DNA of 64,000 nucleotides, from positions 35,774,001 through 35,838,000 of the forward strand of contig OZ024742.1 of NCBI GenBank assembly GCA_964016885.1, given 5' to 3'. The stretch comes from Eledone cirrhosa. Taxonomy: Eukaryota. The notes below the pieces were generated by a model, which saw only the letters and a list, made by a program, of their open reading frames with translations, ran no database searches and was not told the DNA's origin. This document shows, piece after piece, positions 13,436 through 28,792 of this stretch (its first letter is position 1; each line of letters starts with the position of its first letter). A program made the translations under genes and the position numbers.

Positions 13436-13511
13436 CGATCCAACATTTTAAAATGGTACTCTCAATTAAATCGTGCGCAACCCTTTTGCTGGTTTGAGAG
13501 CTGATGAGTGC
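13436..13511 (+). ncRNA. Degenerate rearranged (non-circularly permuted) hammerhead candidate
   Basis: CGAU/AUCG, AAAAUGGU/ACCCUUUU and CUCUCAA/UUGAGAG-CUGAUGA; GAAA reads GCAA. Confidence 0.5.
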
Positions 13512-14613
13512 GAAGATGCATGTGTGTTAACTTGTCTTGTACATCGCCTTTCTTTATTTCCTGATGAATTATAAAATACATAGAAACGTATTATACTGGA
13601 TATTAATACAGTACATATTACACAATATAGTATTTAGTATTACCATATACTATAACATCTACAATATATTCCGATCTACTACACAATAAATTGAGACGTA
13701 TTAAACGTATACACCATATTGAATTTTGTGACGTATACAGTGTTGTGACATATACACTATATTGTCGCTTAATATATAATATATGACATATATAATATAT
13801 TGATATATACTACAAAAATTGGGTAGCGAATTTGGAGAGTGGTTAGAGCCTTGAATAGAATTCTGTGCGATTGTCGTTTCGTCTCTTGGTGGTCTGTGTT
13901 CAAATCCCACCGCGGCTAAAATTGTTTTTCATCTTTTCGGTGTTGATAACTAACGTACCAGTCCTGTATATCCCATTCTCTCTCTTTCTCTGCAATATAT
14001 CGACTATATTTAGACCTGGTGTGGGATGAGCTCCACCAGGTTTAAATGCGTCTCTCACGACTGTGCACCTCTGACGCCATTATGAGTTAACGGCCCATGG
14101 ATTATACAACATTAAACAATATTCTGAGACCATTTGAAGATACGTCCCTCTATTAATGCTACCAGACTCAGAGACGCTGAAAAGGCTCATGAGCACCACC
14201 TTTCTCTTCCTGAATAAACAATAAAAATACGTTTAAAAAGTAAATAAGAATAGAAAAAATGCAGTGTATGATTCCTGTTATAAAATGTCTGATTTAATAA
14301 AACCAGAATAACTTTTGGTAACTTTGCACTTTTTCCTGTTCTCCTTCCTCTCTGCTATAATTTTGTCATTTATTGATCTGAGGGCTGTTGTTTAACAAAC
14401 AGGAAACTACACGATTTATGACAGTAGATGGCGTTGTTTGCACTATTTCTCTCACATTATTACACTACATATATGGTTATTGACAGATTCAACTGTTCAA
14501 TGTAATAAATCTCTGCTTTATATTTTGCCGAATATTGTGCAATTAGATACTGCAAAATTGTACAATGCTCTCTCATATAAACAAAATAATAATTAACAAC
14601 AAAAGAAAACAAA

Positions 14614-14650
<37 letters not shown>

Positions 14651-14672
14651 TATATATATATATATATATATA

Positions 14673-14758
<86 letters not shown>

Positions 14759-14799
14759 AATATATATATATACATATAGATAGATATATACATATATAT

Positions 14800-15410
14800 G
14801 GTGGCTGCCAACTCGTTTTCGAGTACGGCCACTACTTTATATCCATGTAGGAGAACCCCTACTGATGCGCTGAACGAGTGTGACTTTTTAGTCCAGCCAG
14901 CGACTTGAAAACTCTGGTACAAACACTACACTTGTGACAATTATTGACACATAGTGTTGGGCCCATGGTACCATGTGACGACAAGTGCAGAGAGATCTCC
15001 AGATATAAAGCAATGCCTGTGCCGTGAAGCTTTTATAGTGAGAAAAGGCACTGCACAAAGCCAGTCCCACTCTCTTAACCAAGATGATATTTACCAAAAA
15101 GAAGAACAAGTCAACATCATTGGATACCATCAGGGTTGCAGGTGTTATATCAGAGTTTTCCTTCTCCTAGAATTCTGCCTTGACAAAGGCTAAGGGGTCA
15201 TCTCTCCCGGTGATTTTGGATGGCCATTGACTCTTAAGAGCTCCTTTGCCCTTTGACAGGTTTTGTTTTTAGTCCTGCAGGATGTCCAAAGTCACCCTCC
15301 TCACCAAGAAACCTTAGTGGGGTTGCCAATTTAGTCGCCAACGACCCGACCATGGGACAGGTTGTACTGGGATACATGTTACCAGTAGCACCAACTGGTG
15401 ACCTGACATA
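14800..15410 (-). mobile_element. Non-coding insert resembling an RTE-type LINE 5' UTR
   Basis: Motifs CTAGGAGAAGGAAAACTCTGA and GGCGACTAAATTGGCAACCCC, recalled as RTE 5' UTR-like; flanked by (TA)n. Confidence 0.35.
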
Positions 15411-15444
15411 ATACATATATATACACATATAGATAGACATATAC

Positions 15445-15515
<71 letters not shown>

Positions 15516-15516
15516 A

Positions 15517-15559
<43 letters not shown>

Positions 15560-15560
15560 A

Positions 15561-15633
<73 letters not shown>

Positions 15634-16084
15634 AATACATATATATATATATGTGTGTGTGTGCCCTAAATACATTAAACGTTCTTATATTTAAAGTTTG
15701 AGAATATTTATGTATACTCATACAGAAAACACACGTTAATATACACTTTATGTGCATATACCATGTATGTATGTGTGTGTGTCTATTATCTTGATACGTT
15801 CCAACATATATATGCTTTCAAGCCATAAAGTACTACATTGGTACACATATTTCGAGTCACTAAAACAATAAAATTCACGATAAAATTCACGAACATGCCT
15901 GTGTGGTTAGGCAGTCCGCTCCGTAGCCCTATTATACCCCGTTCGATCCTACCGCTGTAGCATGTATTATATATACTAGCAGAAAAACCGCTCTAGGGCG
16001 GTATTTTGCTAGCATATGTAGTGTGCATATTGGTATTATACACAAATATATATATATGTAAATTGAAAAGTAAATTGACAATAT

Positions 16085-16720
16085 CTTCTTCGCCCACTTA
16101 TTTCTGAGAGGGTCGTGGGGGCAGAGTCCTTCTCAAACACACCTTCCAGCAAGTCTATCAGAAGCAAACATCTCTAACTGCTCCAGCTGGATCCCAAAGC
16201 TCATGGATGTTATCCAACTATCTTGTTCAGGATCTACCTCTGGGTCTCTTGACGGTTGGTTTTGCCTGTAAAATGTGTCCAGCGATTCTTTACTGAGACA
16301 TTCTAACCACATGCTCATAATATCGGAGTTGTGATTTCTCAATTCGGAGAAGTAGCAGCTCTACCAGGGGTGACCCTCTGGTCTCTGAGTTATGCACTTT
16401 ATCGAGTAACATTACTCCAAAGACCCTTCGGAGGAATCCCATTTCTGCCACTTTTATTTGCAATTGTATTACTCAAGATTCATGATCCTCGGTAAGAGTT
16501 GGCAGGAATACCAGGAAGACAGCGAGTGTGGCTTATACACCTACCCCCTTCTTCTGATTGATGAATGCTGAGGCTGGCGCATTACTGCATCAGCTTTTGC
16601 AATTCTTGCACTTAATTCAGTCTCCTGCATTCCATCACTCATGAACACGGCTCCAATCTCCAATTGCTTCAGTAGAACTCCATTCACATGTATATAAATT
16701 TGAGGGACTTCTGTCCACCC
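16085..16720 (-). pseudogene. Degraded RTE-like LINE C-terminal fragment
   Basis: Remnants ..FMSDG..ETELSARIAKADAVMRQ..; many stops. Confidence 0.5.
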
Positions 16721-16894
16721 GTCCATCTCAAAATGTGTATGTGTGTTTGTGTGAATGTATGTGTGTGTAAAAGGAAGGAAAGGGATACACACATATATGT
16801 ATCTAACTTAAAAACAGTGACCCACACACACATGTCTCTAATTTAAGAACACCGACAAACTTGCACGTGTCCATACACACACTGTCCTATTACC

Positions 16895-17345
16895 ACTCAA
16901 GAGCTTTGGCCCAGGCAAATATCCCCTCAATTTTGGAACCGTCTGGGTTGTCCAGAATTGATGGGAAAAGACTTGACGGTCTTACTCTGTGCTCCTGGTC
17001 AAGAGGCATGTGCCTTACCTGGGACATCACAGTTAGTGACTCTTTTGCTTCTTCCCACATCCTGGTTGCAGCGGCAAGGGCGAGAGCTACAGCATCCGCA
17101 GCTGAATGGGACTAAATCCTAAAATATCGTGTTCTGTCAGCTAACTATATTATCCAGCCTGTGGCGTTCGAGACGTTTGGGGGAGTCGGGCTGCTGACAG
17201 CGAGGTTCTTATCTTCACTGGCGGCTCGCCGAACAGAGGTAATTGATGATGCTCGTGAGGGCACTTGGTTGTTCCAGCACCTCAGCCTCCCCATTACCCC
17301 AGGTAACGCTGCGAGCGTGTTGGCTTGCCTCAAAACTTTTAGAGA
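16895..17345 (+). pseudogene. Restriction-like endonuclease domain of a CRE-type non-LTR retrotransposon
   Basis: EPSGLSRIDGKRLDGLTL.SWSRG..LTWDITVSD...AAE...KY...PVAFETFGGVG; in-frame stop at 17113-17115. Confidence 0.75.
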
Positions 17346-17557
17346 GATTTGCCAGTGCTCCTCGCTATATTGCTATCTTTTGCTCTGGTAGCGTCTCTTT
17401 TTACCACTCTTTCGCCTGCATTTTGTTCTATGTGGTCTAAAATATGGTGTATTACGTGCTTGTGTATTTTTTCTCTTTCATTTTTCCTTTCCCTTTCCTT
17501 TGTATATATTATATTTATTAGTGTTTTCATTTTGTAATCATTATATTAATTTTTTAT

Positions 17558-17747
17558 GGCGGTGGATTGGCAGTAGCGGTAGGGGTCTGACGCCATGCTT
17601 TGCAGCAAAGAGTTACAGCCCTTTATGGTCTGAGTTCAAATCCTGCCGAGGTTATCTTTGCCTTTCATCCTTACGGGGTCGATAAAATAAAGTACCAGTA
17701 ATGCACTGGGATAATTGCTGACCTTGTGCCAAAAGTAAAAACAATTA
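17558..17747 (+). mobile_element. tRNA-derived SINE (main family of the window)
   Basis: A-box TGGCAGTAGCGGTAG, B-box GAGTTCAAATCC, body GCCTTTCATCCTTACGGGGTCGATAAAATAAAGTACCAG. Confidence 0.85.
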
Positions 17748-17989
17748 TATTAAATTTTTATACAAATGAGTTTAAAAAAGAAAAGAGTTAAACTGTGTTG
17801 TTAATAAATAAATAAAACGTTATACTTGTTTTACCCTCCCATTTCCAATTCACCGAACGCTGCTATCATGACTGTATGTGTGTGTTTGTGTAAATGTATA
17901 TGCGTGAAAGTATGTGAATGTATGTCCGTGAGGGTCTATTTTTATAGTCTGTGTTTGTGCGATTATAGTTACAATATATATATATATAT

Positions 17990-18522
17990 ATGTTTTTTAT
18001 ACATATTTACCTCGACTGCGATTGTCTGTTTCTCTCTTTCTGCTCCCCCGTTCTCTCTGTTTCTCTCATCTTCTTTCGCCCCCTCTGTCAGTTACACTTT
18101 CTCTCGACTGACCTCTTCCTCGCACTTCCTCTCACTCACTCTCTGTTTCTCCCCTTCTCACTTCCTCCCGTTCGTTAGAAGTGGGATTCTTTCTTTCTCA
18201 CATCTCATTCACGTCGGATGGTCTGTTTTCTGATCGCTCATGAAATTCACCCAGATTATGCTGATCGGATAACTATCATGTTGCTTGCTTTTTTCCTACC
18301 TTCGGTTTGCTTTTCCTTCTATGTTGTTTACTTGTCTCACTCGCTTTACGTGATTCACTTGTCCCAATAGCTTATTTTAGTTATTGCTCGCACCAACCTG
18401 AGGTATATGATTTTTAATGCGATGAAATACCAATGATGGTTGGCAAATCACTGATGAGGGACTAATTTTATAATATGTAACCCATGTGCAACCACGCAGT
18501 TTTCCTCTTTCTTCCCATGTTT
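17990..18522 (+). mobile_element. Non-coding module carrying a rearranged hammerhead (family M)
   Basis: Homologous to 24073-24639 (-); (TA)n flanks. Confidence 0.7.
18361..18462 (+). ncRNA. Non-circularly permuted, pseudoknotted hammerhead candidate with kink-turn
   Basis: GGUAU-A-UGAUU ... GAAAUACC ... AAUCA-CUGAUGA; helices covary with 24101-24202. Confidence 0.75.
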
Positions 18523-18541
18523 TATATATATATATATATAT

Positions 18542-20863
<2,322 letters not shown>

Positions 20864-20908
20864 AGTACGTCAAACATGTTAAATTCGGCTTCGTTTATTA
20901 TAAATTCT

Positions 20909-20955
20909 CTGCTATATATATTTCAGTGACAACCATTATTGGCCTCATCAGACAG
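20909..20955 (-). ncRNA. Family C hammerhead with apparent stem II deletion
   Basis: CUGU-CUGAUGA-GGCCAAUAAUGGUUGUCACU-GAAA-UAUAUA-UA-GCAG. Confidence 0.55.
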
Positions 20956-21650
20956 TACGAATTAATGTAGAAAAAAAGGTAAACATGGTGTTGAAATGTG
21001 TTCCACTCTGTCAATTCATCGATATCTCCAGCTCGTAGGTGTGTTGTTAGTCCTCTGTGGAACTGCATCATATAATAAACGAAGCCAAATTTAACATGTT
21101 TGACTTACTTATTTTACATTACTCCGGAGTAAACAAACCAAGCTGCGTACTTCGTCGAGTGCTCCAACCTGCATACTGAAGTGTCGGTAAACAACCAACA
21201 CATACTCAAAATTTATATATATATGTATATATATATGTCACAGTCACTACTCTCTTTATATACTCACACATACAATCTCTCTTTCTTGCTCTAGCAATTT
21301 TATAAAATCAAAGAACAAAAATATACACACACGCACACACATCAGCGTGTTGAAAAAAATCCGAATCGCTTCAGCTTTCTCTTTCACTCGCTCTCTATAT
21401 ATATAGTATAGATATACCGGAAGTATTGAAATTTGAATTTTTTAAAAGAAGTGAGTCTTGAACTATGCAATAATATTTTAAATATATGTTTAATCATGTG
21501 TTACAAAATTTAGTAGATAAATTATGTAATATTCATTCATTATTTATTCAAAGTAATCCAACTTATTTTACAAACGGGATAACAAATTATATTCTGGATG
21601 CAGCCCCGCACTCTTTACTTTATTATAGTTAAGATATATATATATACATA

Positions 21651-22008
21651 CAGTCTACCCCGACATTCACCGTCTTGGTTATTCGTTGAATTAATAATAA
21701 AAACGAACTAATAATTGTTCGTGGAAATCACCGCATATTCGCGGAATTGTAAATATCTTCTGAGATATTTTAATGGCTTTTTTCCTGGCAATATATATAT
21801 TTTTAATGCTAAATTGTTAATGACAATATACCATATTTGCCGGCTTATTGGACGCCCCTTCGCATTAGACGCTCCCTCTTTTTTTAATTATATTTTACGT
21901 TATATTTTGAAATTTCCATCCATTTTTATGAACCACGTCCAACATTCGTGGTTTTTCACTCTTCGCGGGTAATCTAGGAACGTAACCCCCGCGAATACCG
22001 GGGCACTA

Positions 22009-22011
<3 letters not shown>
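21651..22011. mobile_element. MITE, Tc1/mariner-pogo-like
   Basis: TA-CAGT..CCCCG..ATTC / GAAT..CGGGG..ACTG-TA imperfect TIRs. Confidence 0.6.
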
Positions 22012-22061
<50 letters not shown>

Positions 22062-22065
22062 TATA

Positions 22066-22928
22066 TAATTGTTTCTAATTTTTTTTGCACAAGGCCAGCA
22101 ATTATCCCAGTGTATTACTGGTACTTTTTTTATCGACCCTGTAAGGATGAAAGGAAAAGTTAACCTCGACAGGATTTGAACTCAGACCATAAAGGGCCGT
22201 AACTCTTTGCTGCAAAGCATGGCGTCCGACCCTCTACCGATACTAATAATGGCATGTTAGTAAAATATACTATTAAGAAGACAATGAGAAAGATCTATGC
22301 GTCAATATTTGGTGCTGTATTTTGCACCTCAATTGATTTGATTGCTTGTGCATTTTTTGTATAAACCCTCACCACCACTCCACTCCTAGACACATGTCAG
22401 AGCTATATTAAAGGTGCATTGGCAGTATCGGTAGAGAGTCGGACACCATGCTTTGTAGAATAGAGTTACGTCCCTTTACGGTCTGAGTTCAAATCCCGCC
22501 GAGGTTAACTTTGCCTTTCATCCTTACGGGGTCGATAAAATAAAGTACCAGTAATACAGTGGGATAAGTGCTGGACTTGTGCCTAAAGTAGAAACAATTA
22601 AAAGGGAGATCCTTATGAGAAATACTAGCCTGAAAATTGCTATAAGCAAGAAACACTAGTTTTGAACAAATTCTTGATCACTATAGAATAACTACAACTC
22701 CATGGGATCATTAGATAATGGTTTCTGATTTTGGCACAGGCCAGCAATTTTAAAGGGGAGGGAAAAGTCGATTAAATCGACCCCTGTGCGGGACTGGAAC
22801 TTTATTTTATCGACCTCGTAAGGATGAAAGGCAAAGCTAACTTCGGTAGGATTTCTACTCAGAACGTAAAGGGCCGTAACTCTATGCCACAAAGCAGATT
22901 GTCCGACGCTCTACCAATACTGCCAACC
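22066..22928. mobile_element. Three SINE copies (22066-22245 -, 22413-22600 +, 22717-22928 -)
   Basis: Match to 17558-17747. Confidence 0.85.
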
Positions 22929-23146
22929 CACAACAACCATCATGGAAGTTGACAGTATTTATTTTTTTTCCAATTGTTTAAATGTTGGAAGTAAACAAAA
23001 TCCAGAATCATATATTTTCAAATGAACTGATAGATTGGTAAATATGAGTCGATTACCTCAATAATGGGGTTCACTTCATAACATCATGAAACTTTAAATA
23101 TGCTATGGAGATATATGCTTAAATATATATATATATATATATATAT

Positions 23147-23942
23147 ATTATGAAGAGAGAAGAAACATTTAGATATAATTAGTAATAAAATGTATCATAC
23201 CTAAACTGCTCCTAGATTCCTCGACTACGTAGTTTCGTGGCATAAACAAAAACAATACATCATAAAGATATAGAGTCCTTGCGAGGTCTGCCGACTTATC
23301 AAGAGGATACCTCATTTTACTAGTCTCAAGAACGCGTCTACACGACGTGAGAAAGAATCCAAAAGGCGGAGGGGGAGACAGTCACGCGATATAACGGTCG
23401 AGAAACAGAGCTAAGCCTCTTATAACCCCGAAGAAAATACCACGGAGGCGGAGGGGGTATTTATATCGAAGCCGTAGAAGAGGTGGTGAAGGAGGCGAGA
23501 AGTATGAGTAATGGAAGCTTTCCAGCAGTCCCCACACTTCAAAGATTGCTCGACCAGAGGGAGTTATTAACAATATATTTAGAAACACACAGATACATGC
23601 GGACACACACATATACATGAATGCATCCGCACCCAACCGTGAGTTAAGGGTGCCAACTTCACCGATGTTGCTCAATGAATGACTGGGACAGACCAATCCG
23701 GTTGAACTAGACTGAACCAGTATCAGAGTTAAAAATACATTATGAAGAGAGAAGAAACATTTAGATATAATTAGTAATAAAATGTATCATACCTAAACTG
23801 CTCCTAGATTCCTCGACTACGTAGTTTCGTGGCATAAACAAAAACAATACATCATAAAGATATAGAGGCACCCTTAACTCACGGTTGGGTGCGGATGCAT
23901 TCATGTATATGTGTGTGTCCGCATGTATCTGTGTGTTTCTAA

Positions 23943-23945
<3 letters not shown>
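23147..23945 (-). mobile_element. PLE-like non-coding module with direct and inverted partial duplications (family E)
   Basis: 23147-23275 repeated at 23740-23867; inverted segment 23867-23941; (TA)n flanks. Confidence 0.7.
23218..23307 (-). ncRNA. Type I hammerhead, U3-A8 core variant (family E)
   Basis: UCCUC-UUGAUAA-GU(C)GGCA...UGCCAC-GAAA-CUACGUAG-UC-GAGGA. Confidence 0.82.
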
Positions 23946-23987
<42 letters not shown>

Positions 23988-24072
23988 TTGAAATAAAATG
24001 AAAACGAAATTTCATTTCTCACTCTTAGTACGGCACTTACTTACTTACATATATATATATATATATATATAT

Positions 24073-24636
24073 GAATAAAAATAGACCGAGAAACAAGACT
24101 GTCCTTCATCAGTAGCCTGCGGATTATCATTGGTATTTCTTCGCATTAAAGACTAGATACCTAAAGTCAGTGCGAGCGATAACTAAATTAAGTTATCGGG
24201 ACAGAGGAAAACAGAGGAAAGGAAACAAACAACATGGTAGTAATGCAACGTAAAGAGAGGAAAAGAGAGACAAGTCAATGAATATTGTGGGCTTAAGTCC
24301 GACAAATCAAATGATGAGAAGAAACAGACACGTCCGAGCCACGAGAAAAGTGAGAGAGGAAAGAAATTCACGCAGGTCAGACGGGAAGAAGTGAGAGAGG
24401 AGGAGTAGCAGAGAGTGAGTGAAAGTGTGAGGAAGGGGCCAGCCGAGAGTGGAGGAAAGCAAGAGGTGAAGGAGATAGAAGGGAGAGAGAGAAAGAGGAT
24501 AGCAGTAAGGTGAAAGAAAAAATACGAACCACAGCGAAGGGAAACAATATATGTGAATGAAAAATGACGTGCTGCGTTGTTGCGAATATGAACATATGAA
24601 TAAAAATAGACCGAGAAACAAGAAGGTCCATCATCA

Positions 24637-24639
<3 letters not shown>
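24073..24639 (-). mobile_element. Family M module: 525-bp unit plus ~42-bp terminal direct repeat
   Basis: GAATAAAAATAGACCGAGAAACAAG...CATCAGTA at 24073 and 24598; (TA)n flanks. Confidence 0.75.
24101..24202 (-). ncRNA. Second copy of the rearranged hammerhead candidate
   Basis: Ungapped 102-nt alignment to 18361-18462 with compensatory changes. Confidence 0.72.
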
Positions 24640-24679
<40 letters not shown>

Positions 24680-24725
24680 CACACACACACACACGCACAC
24701 ACGCACACACACACACGCACACACA

Positions 24726-24826
<101 letters not shown>

Positions 24827-24895
24827 TAGAAAGTGAGATTTTTTTTACAAAATGAAAAATAACCGAAGTGTCCTACACGAGTGAAAGTATAAAGA

Positions 24896-25321
<426 letters not shown>

Positions 25322-25672
25322 CCACACCGTGAATGGTTGCCAAAACACATATATGTATCTATGACTGTCTAATTTATATATATATACCCTTTAAATTTAA
25401 TATATTATGTAGATTTTTTCTTCTAACTTCGATTTTGTACCTAATTACGTGTAGTTAACTATATGTCTAGTCAATTTCTACAGGCTAGTAGAAATATTAG
25501 GTAAATATTTTGTAGCTGCACCTCGCGGAAAAGGAGCTATATCTTTTGTCTATTATTTCTTCATAAGTACATTTTAAACTTATAGCCTCGTCTAAATGAT
25601 TTTTATGTGGTTGATTTATACTGATTGGGAGAGAAAATACTGTATATATTTTATCTAATGATTCTTTGGACT

Positions 25673-25773
<101 letters not shown>

Positions 25774-26196
25774 AGAGAGATTAAGTAGACTCGAAGTCAG
25801 TTTTGCTGTGTATGCACAAACTTTATCATCATATTACAATTGTTTTGATATCGATCAGCTCAGGGTACAATTAAGATGGCGGGTCCGACATTTTTTCGAC
25901 ATGTCAGATATGTGTGTTTATATATATATAACTTGCTGTGTAAACACGGATGGTTAGATCTTCTCCCTTGTTGAAAATCCGAGATTTGGCCACTGTGATT
26001 TACCGATCGATTAATGGTGAAATATATTTCTTTAATGAAATATATACAAGGAAGATTAATCAACTTATAAGGTATCTATTTTTAAAGTTCTAGTTAAACT
26101 TTAATTAGTTACCTACAAATTATTCCCTGTGATTGTTTCATATGTTTATTTTAAATATTTTAAATATATATATATGTCAATCAATTTCTAGTTGAT

Positions 26197-27167
<971 letters not shown>

Positions 27168-27208
27168 GTATATATATATGTATATATATATATGTATATA
27201 TATGTGTA

Positions 27209-27328
<120 letters not shown>

Positions 27329-27914
27329 TGAGTGAGTGAGTGACAATGTCTGTGTCTCTGGCTGCTCGCGATAGCATGGTCCCCTAAAACCCTTAAATGA
27401 AAGGATTGTACATGATATCTAACAAATTATACATGATTGCGAGTGACGAGGTCTGTTGTTTAATTAAGACTTTAAAGAAAGATGAAATACGATGCAGTAC
27501 CATCCAGACTTTTTAAAAATCTCAATGTCGCTCAAGACGAAATGCAACACTGTAAGATACTTAGTTGGGCGCTTTCTTGTCTCGGTCTGTAATTCTAGCT
27601 GTAGATATTCCATACTGAATTAAAGGGAGGGAATCTACCAATATAATAGAGAATATGGCACAGAACTATACGTCAGAGACACCTATTGTGTTACATAGAC
27701 TGTGAGTAATACATATAACTACCACCCTCGCTACTACCCCCTTCGTTACCACCATCGCCACTACCATCATCGTCACTATAAACACCTCTCCCATTACTAG
27801 TTCTACCGCTACCAATACTATATTAGCCCCGCTACAAGCTCCACCAACACTACCGTCATTGTCACTACCACTGCCGCCACTATCACCGCCGCCACTACAA
27901 CCACCAGAAATGCC

Positions 27915-28598
27915 TCGCTTGGCAGTGCTACCGGGGGCCACTGCCGGTTCGAGATAAACTCTACAGGCACGGAAGTGCTGTCAAACGGACCTGCTCGAGA
28001 TGTGCGCAGAACAACGAAACCGTTCTTCGTGCACTTGTACAGTGTGTAGGACGGATCCGGCTAGCAACCGAACCGAGTCCATAGCGAAGATCACCGCGCA
28101 GCCTTCCTTTAGAAGAAGCAGGCAGTTTTCCTCTGCCTTGTGGCTATAGCAAAAGAGGTTGTTTGGTGGACATGGCTGAAAGGACTGATGACAGACACGC
28201 TTCTCTTTCAAGTTTAACTTGGAAAGGAAGGCGAGGGTGAAGAAAGAAGTGCCCCCCCCCCCACCACCACCACCACCAGTACATTTGCTAAAAGGTGGGT
28301 GAAAGTTGCGAGAATGGTCAGTGTGAAAGAGCCTACTCTGAGCATGCGCCTGTAGGTTGACTGATGAGAGGAGGAGAGGGTGTTCTGGAAACGTCGGGTG
28401 GTTCAGGATTAGTGGGTACCTGAGTCGCCTCCAGGGTGGTTCTTCCCCCTATTGGGGAATTTATATTGTTTATTTTATTGTTCATTGATATTGTTTTATA
28501 CACTGGTTACTCGATATTTTGTAAAAAAAAACAAAAAAACACTGACCCTGTTTTTTTTATATTGTCCCCTGTATGGCGGACCTTGTGACCAACAAAGG
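27915..28598 (+). mobile_element. Degraded 3' fragment of a Tx1/L1-like LINE
   Basis: WQCYRGPLPVRDKLYRHG..TCSRC..NET, homologous to ORF 4316-5200. Confidence 0.75.
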
Positions 28599-28792
28599 GT
28601 GGTGTATTGGCAGTATCGGTAGAGGGTCGGACGCCATGCTTTGAAGCATAGAGTTACGACGGCCCTTTATGATCTGAGTTCAAATCCCGTCGAGGTTAAC
28701 TTTGCCTTTCATCCTTACGGGGTCGATAAAATAAAGTACCAGTAATGCACTGGGATAATTGCTGGCATTGTGCCAAAAGAAGAAACAATTAT
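28599..28792 (+). mobile_element. SINE copy (others: 32313-32412 partial +, 36541-36703 +)
   Basis: Match to main SINE family. Confidence 0.85.

Noticed and set aside
13560-13595. CUGAUGA...GAAACGUA
   Set aside because: Stems I and II not convincing
15150-15200. Possible HDV-like ribozyme in the RTE-like insert
   Set aside because: P1.1 and a full P1 could not be assigned by eye
18432-18457. AUGA...CUGA read as a SECIS element or C/D snoRNA
   Set aside because: Spacing too short for SECIS and no guide region; better explained by the k-turn strand plus HHR core
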